Assembly (NCBI GenBank): GCA_041909515.1
Contig: JAYRDH010000008.1
Coordinates: 905-64,904, forward strand
DNA: 64,000 bases
Direction: 5' to 3'
Origin: Novosphingobium sp.
GTDB lineage: Bacteria > Pseudomonadota > Alphaproteobacteria > Sphingomonadales > Sphingomonadaceae
In this document: positions 17,999 to 27,162 of the stretch, one piece after another
How the letters are laid out: every line of letters starts with the position of its first letter
Numbering within the stretch: the first letter of the stretch is position 1
Notes under the pieces: generated by a model
What the model saw: the letters and a program-made list of their open reading frames with translations, nothing else
Databases searched by the model: none
What the model was told of the DNA's origin: nothing
Made by a program: the position numbers and the translations under genes

Positions 17999-18022
17999 GC
18001 GTTGGGCCGGACGGCCCGAAGC

Positions 18023-19570
18023 TTACTTCTTCGGCGCAGCCTTCTTGGCCGGAGCCTTCTTGGCCGGAGCGGCCTCAGCGTCGCCTTCAGCCTTGGCAGC
18101 AGCCTTCTTCGGCGCGGCCTTCTTGGCGGGCTTGGCTTCTTCGGCCGCGTCCTCAGCCGGAGCGGCTTCGGCTTCAGCCTTGTCGGCCTTCTTCTTGGCC
18201 GGGGCCTTCTTCGCGGGCTTGGCCGGAGCGGCAGCAGCGCCTTCCTCGGCTTCGATCGCGGCCTGCAGTTCCTCGCGGGTCACTTCACGCTCGGTCACTT
18301 CGGCCTTGTCGAACAGGAAGTCGACGACCTTGTCTTCATAGAGCGGTGCGCGCAGCTGGGCGGCGGCGAGCGGGTCCTGCTGGATGTATTCGACGAAGCG
18401 CTGACGATCTTCCGGGCGATACTGCTGCGCGGCCTGCGCCAGCAGCATCTGCATTTCCTGCGCGGTCACTTCCACGCCGTTGGCCTGGCCGATTTCCGAC
18501 AGGAGCAGGCCCAGGCGGACGCGGCGCACGGCGATGGCGCGGTAATCGTCCTTCTCGGCTTCGATTTCCTTCAGCGCGGTTTCGGTGTCTTCCTCGTTCT
18601 GCGCTTCCTGCAGCAACTGTTGCCAGATCTGGCCGAATTCGGCTTCGACCATGCTGGGCGGAACTTCGAAGTCATGGCCAGCCGCCAGCACGTCAAGCAG
18701 CTGGCGCTTCATCTGGGTACGGGTCAGGCCGGCAGTTTCCTGCTCCAGCTGGCCGCGCAGCAGGCCCTTGAGCTGCTCCATGCTTTCCAGGCCAAGGTTC
18801 TTGGCGAATTCGTCGTCCAGCTGGGCTTCGCCGGCAACCTTCACCGCCTTCACGGTGATGTCGAAGGTGGCGTCCTTGCCCTTCAGGTTTTCAGCCGGAT
18901 AGTCAGCCGGGAAAGTCACGGTGATGACCTTTTCCTCACCGGCCTTCACGCCGACCAGCTGTTCTTCGAAGCCGGGGATGAAGCGGCCAGCGCCCAGTTC
19001 CAGCGCGGTGTCCTGCGCCGAACCGCCTTCGAATTCCACGCCGTCGAGCTTGCCGACGAAGTCGATCACGACCTGGTCGCCGTTCGCGGCCTTCTTGCCC
19101 TTCTTGGCATCGACGAAGTTCTTCATGCCCGAAGCAAGGCGTTCCAGCTGTTCGTCCACTTCGGCGTCAGCCACGGCGACGGTCAGCTTTTCCAGCTTCA
19201 GCCCGTCGAGCGACGGCGCTTCGATCGTCGGCAGCACTTCCAGGCTGACGGTCAGCTCGGCGTCCTTGCCTTCCTCATAGCCTTCACCCAGCGCGACCTG
19301 CGGCTGGGTGGCCGGGCGCAGCTTGTGATCGGCGACCAGCTTGTCCATCGCGTCGCGGATCGAGGTGTTCAGCGCTTCCTGGTGGATCGCCGGGCCGTGC
19401 ATCTTCTTGACCAGATTCGCCGGCACCTTGCCGGGGCGGAAACCGGGCATGCGCACTTGCGGAGCGATCTTGGTCACTTCGCCTTCGATCATGGCGGCAA
19501 TGCTGCCAGCCGGGATCGTAACCGTGTAGGCGCGCTTCAAACCCTCGTTGGTGGTCTCGACAATCTGCAT
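18023..19570 (-). CDS. tig: Trigger factor with long Ala/Lys/Pro-rich C-terminal tail
   Basis: MPGFRPGKVP signature, FKBP domain (IDFVG...FEGG...FIPGFEEQL), RRVRLGLLL; tail AKKAPAKK repeats. Confidence 0.97.
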   Translation of the reverse strand: MQIVETTNEGLKRAYTVTIPAGSIAAMIEGEVTKIAPQVRMPGFRPGKVPANLVKKMHGPAIHQEALNTSIRDAMDKLVADHKLRPATQPQVALGEGYEEGKDAELTVSLEVLPTIEAPSLDGLKLEKLTVAVADAEVDEQLERLASGMKNFVDAKKGKKAANGDQVVIDFVGKLDGVEFEGGSAQDTALELGAGRFIPGFEEQLVGVKAGEEKVITVTFPADYPAENLKGKDATFDITVKAVKVAGEAQLDDEFAKNLGLESMEQLKGLLRGQLEQETAGLTRTQMKRQLLDVLAAGHDFEVPPSMVEAEFGQIWQQLLQEAQNEEDTETALKEIEAEKDDYRAIAVRRVRLGLLLSEIGQANGVEVTAQEMQMLLAQAAQQYRPEDRQRFVEYIQQDPLAAAQLRAPLYEDKVVDFLFDKAEVTEREVTREELQAAIEAEEGAAAAPAKPAKKAPAKKKADKAEAEAAPAEDAAEEAKPAKKAAPKKAAAKAEGDAEAAPAKKAPAKKAAPKK

Positions 19571-19624
19571 GACAATAGAAGCCTTCTCAATCACATCCGT
19601 CCCGCCGGGATTGGCCGGGTGAAC

Positions 19625-19709
19625 TGGTGCGGGCGAAGGGACTCGAACCCCCACATCTTACGATACTGGTACCTAAAACCAGCGCGTCTACCAGTTCCGC
19701 CACGCCCGC
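19625..19709 (-). tRNA. tRNA-Leu (anticodon TAG)
   Basis: GCGGGCGTGGCGGAACTGGTAGACGCG-CTGGT-TTTAGGT-ACCAG, long variable arm, GTTCGAGTCC, encoded CCA; 85 nt. Confidence 0.97.
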
Positions 19710-19816
19710 AGCCGACGAGAGCCCAAAACACCAGCCGCACGGATACGGCAGGAAAATCCGGAATCAAGCGCCGCCCCTTAGTGGCAAGGTGACCAAAGGG
19801 CAAGCGCGCAAGGCGC

Positions 19817-21703
19817 CTATCGCGACAGCCCGGCTACAAGAGCCGCCCGCTGCCACAGCGACAGCCGCGCGGCTGTCCCGCCGTGGGCCAGTGGCACCGG
19901 GCATTCCAGGCAATAGGCCTGCGCCCCGCGCCCCCCCAGCAACCGGGTCAGCTGCCCGGCCGCGCGGGCGAACTGAAGCTGCTGGCGCTCTGCCGCCAGC
20001 CCCGCGAAATCGCGGGCCAGACCGCGCGCATCGGCTTCGTCCTCGCCCCCGCCCAGCCGTTCCAGCAGGGAGGCATAAGGGTTGCCCTCGGTCCCATAGT
20101 GCCTGGTATGCCATTCGGTCAGCTTCGCCTGGCCGGCCACCCACGCCGCCGCATCGTCCAGCCCGCCAAAGGCATCGACCAGCCCGTTCTGGCGCGCGGT
20201 GCCGCCATCCCACACCCGGCCCTGCGCCAGCGCATCGACCTGTTCCACGCTCTTGCCGCGCGCCTTGCCGACCAGAGTGAGGAAGCGGGTATAGTTGCTC
20301 TCGATATTGGCCTGGAGCATCTGGTCCACTTCCGGCGTCAGGCCAGACAGCAGGTCCGGCTGGCCGGACAGCGGCGTGGTCCGCACGCCGTCACCCTTGA
20401 CGCCATAGTCCGCCAGCGCCCGCTCGAACGTCGGCAGGATCGCGAAGATGCCGATGGAGCCCGTGATCGTGCCCGGTTCGGCAAACACGCGCTGCGCCGG
20501 GGTCGACACCCAGTAGCCGCCGCTGGCCGCGACATTGACCATCGACACCGCCACCGGCTTGCCCTTGGCCTTGAAACGCTCGACCGCCGTGCGGATCTGT
20601 TCGGAAGCGAGGACCGATCCGCCCGGCGAATCGACTCGCAGCACCAGTCCGGCCGGATCGTCCGCCGCCGCTTCGTCAATCAGCGCCGCGATGCGCTCAC
20701 CGCCCGCCGTGCCGGGGCCGGCGTCGCCATCGACGATCTCGCCCGCCACGGTAACCACGGCCACGGCCTTGCCCTTGTCCTCCACCGGGTGCGCCGCCAG
20801 CAGCGCCGCAGGCCGGGTGTGGGCATATGCGCCGGGCAACTCGTCCAGCGGATCCTTGCCCGCAATTTCGCGGACGCGCTCACCAAAGGCCACGGCATCG
20901 CCCAGCTTGTCGACCAGTCCTGCGGCCAGCGCAGCCTTGGCCGCATCGCCGCCCGATGCCTTCATCCAGCCGACCGGATCGGCCGTGACCCGCGCGATGT
21001 CGGCCTTGGGCCGGGCCTTCTTCACGTCGGCCTGCCAGGCCTCCCAGATCGCGGCATAGATCGCGCGGCGCGCCGCTTTCGACGGTTCAGAGGCGCTGCC
21101 CAGCAGGTACGGTTCAACCGCGTCCTTGAACGTGCCGACGCGATAGACGTGGGTGTTGATCTTCAGCTTTTCGAGCAGCGGGCCGAAGTAGAGGTTGTTG
21201 CCCCCCGGCCCCATCACGAACGCGCCGCCCAGCGGATCGACCCATACCTCGCTGGCGTGGGCGGCCAGCATCACGCCATCGTCGGTATAGCCCACTGCCC
21301 AGGCCAGCACCGGCTTCTTGGCGGCGCGCACGCTGTCCAGCGCCTCGCCCAGTTCCTGCATATGGATCAAGCCGCCGCCGGAAAAGCCCGACAAGTCCAG
21401 CACCACCGCCTTGATCCGGTCATCCGTGGCCGCCAGCCGGATCGCCCGGACCAGATCGCGCGCGCGGTATTCCTTGATCGGCGCTTCGCTGGCCAGCAAC
21501 GTTTCGAACGGGTCCTGGACGCTGGGTTCTTCCACCACCACGCCATCCAGGTCGAGCAGTAAGGCCCCTTCCTGCACCCGCCCGGCGCTGGGCCGCGCGG
21601 TCAGCGCGCCATAGAGCGCGAAGAAAAACAGCAGCATCAGCAACAGGACCAGCGCGTCCTTGATCGCGACAAGCAGGTGCCACACCTTGCGGGCGAAAAC
21701 CAT
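19817..21703 (-). CDS. sppA: Signal peptide peptidase SppA (protease IV, 67K type)
   Basis: N-terminal TM, two S49 domains, [38 protein letters not shown]. Confidence 0.95.
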   Translation of the reverse strand: MVFARKVWHLLVAIKDALVLLLMLLFFFALYGALTARPSAGRVQEGALLLDLDGVVVEEPSVQDPFETLLASEAPIKEYRARDLVRAIRLAATDDRIKAVVLDLSGFSGGGLIHMQELGEALDSVRAAKKPVLAWAVGYTDDGVMLAAHASEVWVDPLGGAFVMGPGGNNLYFGPLLEKLKINTHVYRVGTFKDAVEPYLLGSASEPSKAARRAIYAAIWEAWQADVKKARPKADIARVTADPVGWMKASGGDAAKAALAAGLVDKLGDAVAFGERVREIAGKDPLDELPGAYAHTRPAALLAAHPVEDKGKAVAVVTVAGEIVDGDAGPGTAGGERIAALIDEAAADDPAGLVLRVDSPGGSVLASEQIRTAVERFKAKGKPVAVSMVNVAASGGYWVSTPAQRVFAEPGTITGSIGIFAILPTFERALADYGVKGDGVRTTPLSGQPDLLSGLTPEVDQMLQANIESNYTRFLTLVGKARGKSVEQVDALAQGRVWDGGTARQNGLVDAFGGLDDAAAWVAGQAKLTEWHTRHYGTEGNPYASLLERLGGGEDEADARGLARDFAGLAAERQQLQFARAAGQLTRLLGGRGAQAYCLECPVPLAHGGTAARLSLWQRAALVAGLSR

Positions 21704-21848
21704 CCGGGTTCCTTGGGTTTGCGTTTCGCCTGCCATAGCAGTCATGCGCGCGATGGCGAGTCCGGCATCGACCAAGCGCAATTGTCCACCGGCAAAGGGA
21801 GATCGGCGCTTGAGCCGGACGGCAGGTAAGTCTAAGGCACCGTCTTCA

Positions 21849-22841
21849 ATGACATCGCCAGATCCCAGCCGTTCGGACCGCTACCCAGCCGGTTCCGCCG
21901 CCTTCCCGCACCGCGACCTGACGGGGCTGGCAGGACTCGCCCCGTGGGAGATCCTCTATCTGCTCGACGAAGCGCAGCAGTGGGTCGAGCTCAACCGCCA
22001 GTCGCACAAACGGGTGGACCGGCTGAAGGGGCTGACAATCATCAACGCCTTTTTCGAAAACTCCACCCGCACGCTGCTGTCGTTCGAGATCGCGGGCAAG
22101 CGGCTGGGTGCCGACGTGGTCAACATGCATGCCGCGCAGTCCAGCGTGAAAAAGGGCGAAACGCTGATCGACACGGCGATGACGCTGAACGCGATGCATG
22201 CTGATGCCATCGTGATCCGGCACCAGTCATCGGGCGCGGTGCGGCTGATCGCGGACAAGGTCGATTGCCCGGTCCTCAACGCTGGCGATGGCCAGCATGA
22301 ACACCCGACGCAAGGCTTGCTGGATGCGCTGACCATCCGCACCGAAAAGGGCGAGATCGCGGGGCTGAAGATCGTGATCTGCGGCGACATCCTGCACAGC
22401 CGGGTGGCGCGATCGAACATTCATTGCCTGACCACGCTGGGTGCCGATGTGCGCGTCTGCGCCCCGCCCGCGCTGATGCCCGCCGACATCGAGGCGCTGA
22501 AAGTGACCCCCTATCACGATTTCGACGCCGCGCTGGCAGGGGCCGACGTGGTGATGATGCTGCGCCTGCAACAGGAACGGATGGAGGGGCAGTTCATCCC
22601 CTCCCCCCGCGAATACCGCCACCTCTACGGCCTCTCGCTCGACCGGCTGGCCAAGGCCAAGCCCGACGCGATGGTCATGCACCCCGGCCCGATGAACCGC
22701 GGGATCGAGATTGACAGCACGGTGGCCGATCTGGCCGGCCGTTCGCACATTACCCGGCAGGTCGAAATGGGGGTTGCCATCCGGATGGCCTGCCTGGACG
22801 TGCTGACCCGCAAGGCGCGCGGGCTGGAGGGCTGGGCATGA
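21849..22841 (+). CDS. pyrB: Aspartate carbamoyltransferase catalytic subunit
   Basis: [51 protein letters not shown]. Confidence 0.98.
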   Translation: MTSPDPSRSDRYPAGSAAFPHRDLTGLAGLAPWEILYLLDEAQQWVELNRQSHKRVDRLKGLTIINAFFENSTRTLLSFEIAGKRLGADVVNMHAAQSSVKKGETLIDTAMTLNAMHADAIVIRHQSSGAVRLIADKVDCPVLNAGDGQHEHPTQGLLDALTIRTEKGEIAGLKIVICGDILHSRVARSNIHCLTTLGADVRVCAPPALMPADIEALKVTPYHDFDAALAGADVVMMLRLQQERMEGQFIPSPREYRHLYGLSLDRLAKAKPDAMVMHPGPMNRGIEIDSTVADLAGRSHITRQVEMGVAIRMACLDVLTRKARGLEGWA

Positions 22842-24070
22842 GCACGCCGAACCCCATCACGTTCACCAACGGCCGGATTGTTTCGGCCAGCGGCGAACCG
22901 GCCCCCGGTGCGCTGCGCTGTGCGGACGGGCGGATCGCGGCGCTGGGCGACATTACGCCCGAACCCGGCGATACCGTAATCGACGCGCGCGGCGCGCTGA
23001 TCGCGCCGGGGCTGGTCGATCTGGGCGTGTTCGCCATCGACAAGCCCGCGTTCCACTTTGGCGGGATCACCCGCGCCGCCTTGATGCCGGACCAGAACCC
23101 GCCGCTCGACCGGCCCTCGACTGTCCGCTACGCCGCGCAATCGGGCAAGCCGGACCTGTGGGTTCACCCGCTGGCCGCCGCGACGCGCGGACTGGACGGG
23201 CGCGAACTCGCCGAGCTCGCACTGATGCGCGAGGCCGGGGCCAGAGCCGTGGCGACCGGGCGGCGCTGGGTCGCGGATTCGGGCACGATGCACCGGCTGC
23301 TGTCCTATTGCGCGATGCTGGGGCTGACCGTGATTGCCCATGCCGAGGACGGCGGCCTGACCGGCAATGCCGTCGCGACGGCCGGCGAAATGGCCACCCG
23401 GCTGGGCCTGCCCTCCGCCCCGGCAGAGGCCGAGGCGCTGGCCATCGCCCGCGACCTGACGCTGGCGGAAATGACCGGCGCACGGCTGCATTTCCGGCAG
23501 ATTACCACCGCGCGGGGCCTGGCGCTGATCCGCGCTGCCAAGGCGCGCGGACTGGCGGTGACGGCGGGCGTCACCCCGGCCTACTTCATGCTGTCCGACG
23601 TTGCTATCGGCGATTTCCGCACCTTCACCCGCCTGTCCCCGCCGCTGCGGAGCGAGGCGGACCGGCAGGCGGTGCGCGCCGCGCTGGCCGATGGCACGAT
23701 CGACGTGATCGCATCGGGCCACGATCCGCGCGGACCGGAAGACAAGCGCCTGCCCTTTGCCGATGCCGAACCCGGCATGGCGGGGGCGGAAACGCTGTTG
23801 CCGCTGACGCTGGGGCTGGTCCGCGACGGCGTGATCGACCTGGCCCGCGCCTTTGCGCTGATCGCCAGCAACCCGGCGCGGCTGCTGGGTGTCAACGCCG
23901 GGCAACTGGTCGTCGGGGCCGAGGCGGACATCGCGCTGATCGATGCAGACCGTCCGTGGGTGGTTGATTCGGACAAGATGGCGGCGGCGGCCGGCAACAC
24001 CCCGTTTGACAAGCAGGGCGTGCAGGGCCGCGTCACGGCGCTGTTCAAGGGTGGCAATTCGGTCGGTTAA
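22838..24070 (+). CDS. pyrC: Dihydroorotase-like protein, probably catalytically inactive PyrC'
   Basis: Amidohydrolase fold ([27 protein letters not shown]) but lacks the HxH and catalytic Asp motifs; ATGA overlap with pyrB. Confidence 0.85.
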   Translation: MSTPNPITFTNGRIVSASGEPAPGALRCADGRIAALGDITPEPGDTVIDARGALIAPGLVDLGVFAIDKPAFHFGGITRAALMPDQNPPLDRPSTVRYAAQSGKPDLWVHPLAAATRGLDGRELAELALMREAGARAVATGRRWVADSGTMHRLLSYCAMLGLTVIAHAEDGGLTGNAVATAGEMATRLGLPSAPAEAEALAIARDLTLAEMTGARLHFRQITTARGLALIRAAKARGLAVTAGVTPAYFMLSDVAIGDFRTFTRLSPPLRSEADRQAVRAALADGTIDVIASGHDPRGPEDKRLPFADAEPGMAGAETLLPLTLGLVRDGVIDLARAFALIASNPARLLGVNAGQLVVGAEADIALIDADRPWVVDSDKMAAAAGNTPFDKQGVQGRVTALFKGGNSVG

Positions 24071-24107
24071 GGGTCCGTCGGTTAAGGGCCGCCGGTCAGC
24101 TGCAACG

Positions 24108-24140
24108 CAGAACCCCCGCCGCAGCGCGACGGGGGTTCTG
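24108..24140. terminator. Hairpin between convergent pyrC' and TPR/SPOR genes
   Basis: cagaacccccg / cgggggttctg 11-bp perfect stem; no clear U-tract. Confidence 0.55.
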
Positions 24141-24162
24141 GTATCAATCCGGCATGATCCGA

Positions 24163-25614
24163 TCAGTGGCGGCGCGCCATCGCCGGGCCACCGGGGTTGC
24201 GCGCGGGAGCCGCTGCCGGAGCAGCCTTCTTCGGCGCCGGCTTGGCGCGGGCCAGCATTGGCGCGGCGGCCTTGCCAGCCGCAGCCGGGCGGGTCGAATA
24301 AGCAAAGCACACCCCGCCGCGCGACTTGACGGCGGAGCACATGGTCCGCGCGCCGCCGGCATCCAGCCCGGCCGCCGCCACGCGCCAGTAATCGCGGCCA
24401 TTCACCTTGGCGGGAGTGATGACCATGCGGAAGTTCTTCAACTGCGGGTTCTTGGCGGCATAGATGCCCCAGGCCCGCCGGGCGCCCTGCGGGCTCTTGA
24501 AGCTGCCCAGCTGGATCGCGTGCGCGCCATTGGCCGCAGCAGCAACCCGGTAGGCCGGAGCAGCCTTGGCCGCCGCCACCGTGCGCGGCGCGGCCTTGGG
24601 CTGGTAACGGCTCGGCAGGGCCTGCACGATCGGCTGCGAGACAAAGGTTACGCCAGACTGCTGCGCCACGACCGGTGCGGCCGCAACCGGAACAGCATAA
24701 GCCGGGGCCTCAACCACCGGCGCGGCAACCACCGGCGCATAACTGGCCAGGTCAGCAGCAGCCGCGGGTGCGGCATCCGCTACCGGCGGCAGTTCGACCG
24801 GCGCGGCATAGGCCGGAGCCGGGGCGGCGGCCACCAGCGGCGCGGCACTGCGTTCGGCGGCAAGTTGCTCGGCACCGGCGCTGTTGACCAGCGCCAGCGC
24901 GGTCGGCTGGCCCGGATCGGCGCGCAGCGGCGCATTCAGCAGCCCGGCAATGCGCAGCTTGTGATCTTCGGGCTTGGCCTTCATCGCCCAGTCCGAAATG
25001 CGCGCGTCGATCAGGTTGGCGGGTACGTCCTGCGCCACCATCGTGCGCGCTTCGCGCCAGCGCCCGTCCAGCGCATAGGCATAGGCCAGGTTCTGGCGCA
25101 GCTTGACGGTGTTTTCCCCGCCGCGCAGCGCATCGGCCAGAACGGCCACGCCCCGGCTCGTTTCCCCCGCCAGCGCCAAAGCCAGGCCCAGGTCGCTGGC
25201 CGGAATGGCATCGCGCCAGTCATCCAGGATCGCCACGGCGGCGCGGTGGTCGCCAGCGGCAATGGTCGCCAGCGACAGCGCCAGCGCAGTCTTCCCGCTG
25301 TTGTCGCCCAGCTTCATCGCGTCATCCAGCGTGGTCACCGCCGAATCGAACCGGCCGGCGCGCAAATAGGCCTGCCCCAGCAGCGCGCGATAGGACGGCT
25401 CGCGCGGGTTGCCCGCTACTGCGGCCTCGGCCAGGGTAATCGCCTTGTCGATCTGTCCCTTGCCCAGCGCCAGCTGCGCGGCGGCCAGCGACTTGTCCGG
25501 GCTGGGCTTGGCCACCACGGCGCCGGAGAACGACCCGCTGGCGATGGCGATCGCGGCGACGGCCCCGACGATCCCCAGCGGCAGAGCGGTGCGACGGATG
25601 CGGTTGGCAGGCAT
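24163..25614 (-). CDS. Exported TPR-repeat + SPOR-domain protein
   Basis: N-terminal hydrophobic segment; TPR-like helices (YRALLGQAYLRAGRF, LRQNLAYAYALDGRW); Ala/Pro linker; SPOR motif HAIQLGSFKS...WRVAAAG...MC...GGVCF. Confidence 0.85.
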   Translation of the reverse strand: MPANRIRRTALPLGIVGAVAAIAIASGSFSGAVVAKPSPDKSLAAAQLALGKGQIDKAITLAEAAVAGNPREPSYRALLGQAYLRAGRFDSAVTTLDDAMKLGDNSGKTALALSLATIAAGDHRAAVAILDDWRDAIPASDLGLALALAGETSRGVAVLADALRGGENTVKLRQNLAYAYALDGRWREARTMVAQDVPANLIDARISDWAMKAKPEDHKLRIAGLLNAPLRADPGQPTALALVNSAGAEQLAAERSAAPLVAAAPAPAYAAPVELPPVADAAPAAAADLASYAPVVAAPVVEAPAYAVPVAAAPVVAQQSGVTFVSQPIVQALPSRYQPKAAPRTVAAAKAAPAYRVAAAANGAHAIQLGSFKSPQGARRAWGIYAAKNPQLKNFRMVITPAKVNGRDYWRVAAAGLDAGGARTMCSAVKSRGGVCFAYSTRPAAAGKAAAPMLARAKPAPKKAAPAAAPARNPGGPAMARRH

Positions 25615-25642
25615 GGGAAGGTCCCCTTTCGTCCAGAATGCG

Positions 25643-26167
25643 TTAGCGGCGCTGTTGCTTGGCCAGTTGGGCGGCCAGCGCGGAAATGTCGGGCAACTCG
25701 GCCAGCAGACGGTCAAGCGCTTCGGTAACCAGTTGCTGCGCGCTGCGGTTGCGGACCGTGCAGGCCAGCCGCAGCTTGAGATGGCGTTCGGCATCGACCC
25801 GCAGCGTAAACGCCGCACGGCGCCCGTCGGCCAGCGCGGACCGGCGCGGTTTGGCCACCCGCCGCGAAACCTCGCGCTGCTGGCGGACCACTTCGGGCAC
25901 CACCGGTGCGGGAATTGGCGTTTCGGGCACGATGGCCACCACTTCAGCCATGACCGGCGGTTCCGCCAGAGCCAGAGCCGGAACCGGAGCCGCTTCGGGC
26001 GCATGCGGCACGTCATGCCCCATGTCATTCCAGCCCAGATCGTCCAGTTGCCGGGCCACCGCGTCCTGGGTCAGCGGGCCAAGCTGCGGGCGCATCGCCG
26101 GGCGGGCCGCGCCCTTGCGGGCCAGCAGGCTGGGGCTGAGCGAGGCAAAGGGTTTCGGTTCGGACAT
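25643..26167 (-). CDS. Hypothetical protein with C-terminal ribbon-helix-helix-like domain (candidate ParA partner)
   Basis: Basic N-terminus FASLSPSLLARKGAARPAMR, Pro/Ala linker, RRAAFTLRVDAERHLKLRLAC...SAQQLVTEALDRLL; GGGAG RBS directly after parA. Confidence 0.7.
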   Translation of the reverse strand: MSEPKPFASLSPSLLARKGAARPAMRPQLGPLTQDAVARQLDDLGWNDMGHDVPHAPEAAPVPALALAEPPVMAEVVAIVPETPIPAPVVPEVVRQQREVSRRVAKPRRSALADGRRAAFTLRVDAERHLKLRLACTVRNRSAQQLVTEALDRLLAELPDISALAAQLAKQQRR

Positions 26168-26184
26168 GCCCCCCGGCACTCCCT

Positions 26185-26904
26185 TCACGAACCGGCCACG
26201 CGGCGGCCGAAGCCACCGGCGGGACGATGCGTACCCGGAACCATCGACACGCTGGTCGGCGCGGCGAAGACGGTGCGGCGGAAATTCTTTTCCAGGCGGT
26301 CGGAGATATAGCTCCACAGCGCGGTCACCTCGGCGGCGCTGCGGCCGTTGGGATCGACTTCCATCACGGTGCGGCCATCGATCATCGACGCGGCAAAGTC
26401 GGTGCGGTGGTGCAGCGTAACCGGCGCCACGGTGCCATGCTGCGATAGCGCGACAGCGGCTTCGGAGGTGATCTTGGCCTTGGGCGTCGCGGCGTTGACG
26501 ACGAAGATCAGCGGCTTGCCCGCGCGTTCGCACAGATCGACGGTCGCGCCGACGGCGCGCAGGTCGTGCGGGCTGGGGCGGGTCGGCACGACAATCAGTT
26601 CCGCGACCGAAATCACGCTCTGAATTGCCATCGTGATCGCGGGTGGCGTGTCGATCACGGCCAGCTTGAAGCCCTGCTGGCGCAGCACGGCAAGGTCAGC
26701 CGCGAGTCGCGCCACGGTGGTCTGGGCAAAGGCGGGATATTCCGCCTCGCGTTCGTTCCACCAGTCGGCCAGCGAGCCTTGCGGATCGATGTCGATCAGG
26801 ACAACCGGCCCGGCGCCAGCGCGCTGAGCCTGCACGGCGAGGTGTCCGGACAAGGTCGTCTTGCCCGATCCGCCCTTTTGCGATGCCAATGCGAGTACGC
26901 GCAA
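26185..26904 (-). CDS. Orphan ParA/MinD-family ATPase
   Basis: Deviant Walker A QKGGSGKTT, DIDPQGS, IDTPP, PTRPSPHDL; TTG start (alternative 26910). Confidence 0.93.
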   Translation of the reverse strand: MRVLALASQKGGSGKTTLSGHLAVQAQRAGAGPVVLIDIDPQGSLADWWNEREAEYPAFAQTTVARLAADLAVLRQQGFKLAVIDTPPAITMAIQSVISVAELIVVPTRPSPHDLRAVGATVDLCERAGKPLIFVVNAATPKAKITSEAAVALSQHGTVAPVTLHHRTDFAASMIDGRTVMEVDPNGRSAAEVTALWSYISDRLEKNFRRTVFAAPTSVSMVPGTHRPAGGFGRRVAGS

Positions 26905-26968
26905 AACCAAATCCCCCTAGACTGCGGCAATTCCAATTCGACTTGCCGAGAGGGATCGCAGAACGTTC

Positions 26969-27120
26969 CTAATTTAGGGTTAACATCGCCGCACCCGCAG
27001 CGCGAAGATGTTCAGGCGCAACAATAAAACCCCTGTTAACCCGCACTTCACTATGCCAGTTAACCCTGATGACAGGCAGAGCGTGGCACTTGGTCCGCTC
27101 TGCGCGGCAACACAGGTTAA
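26969..27120. promoter_or_regulatory. Cluster of CtrA-like boxes in the divergent parA / Sel1-SPOR promoter region
   Basis: CTAA-N7-TTAAC (26969-26984), TAAA-N7-TTAAC (27025-27040), GTTAA-N7-TTCA (27035-27050), plus GTTAA half-sites at 27059 and 27116; consensus is TTAA-N7-TTAAC. Confidence 0.65.
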
Positions 27121-27162
27121 GCGCCAATGCCCGCCGCGGGCACCAGATACGGGGATTCCGGC

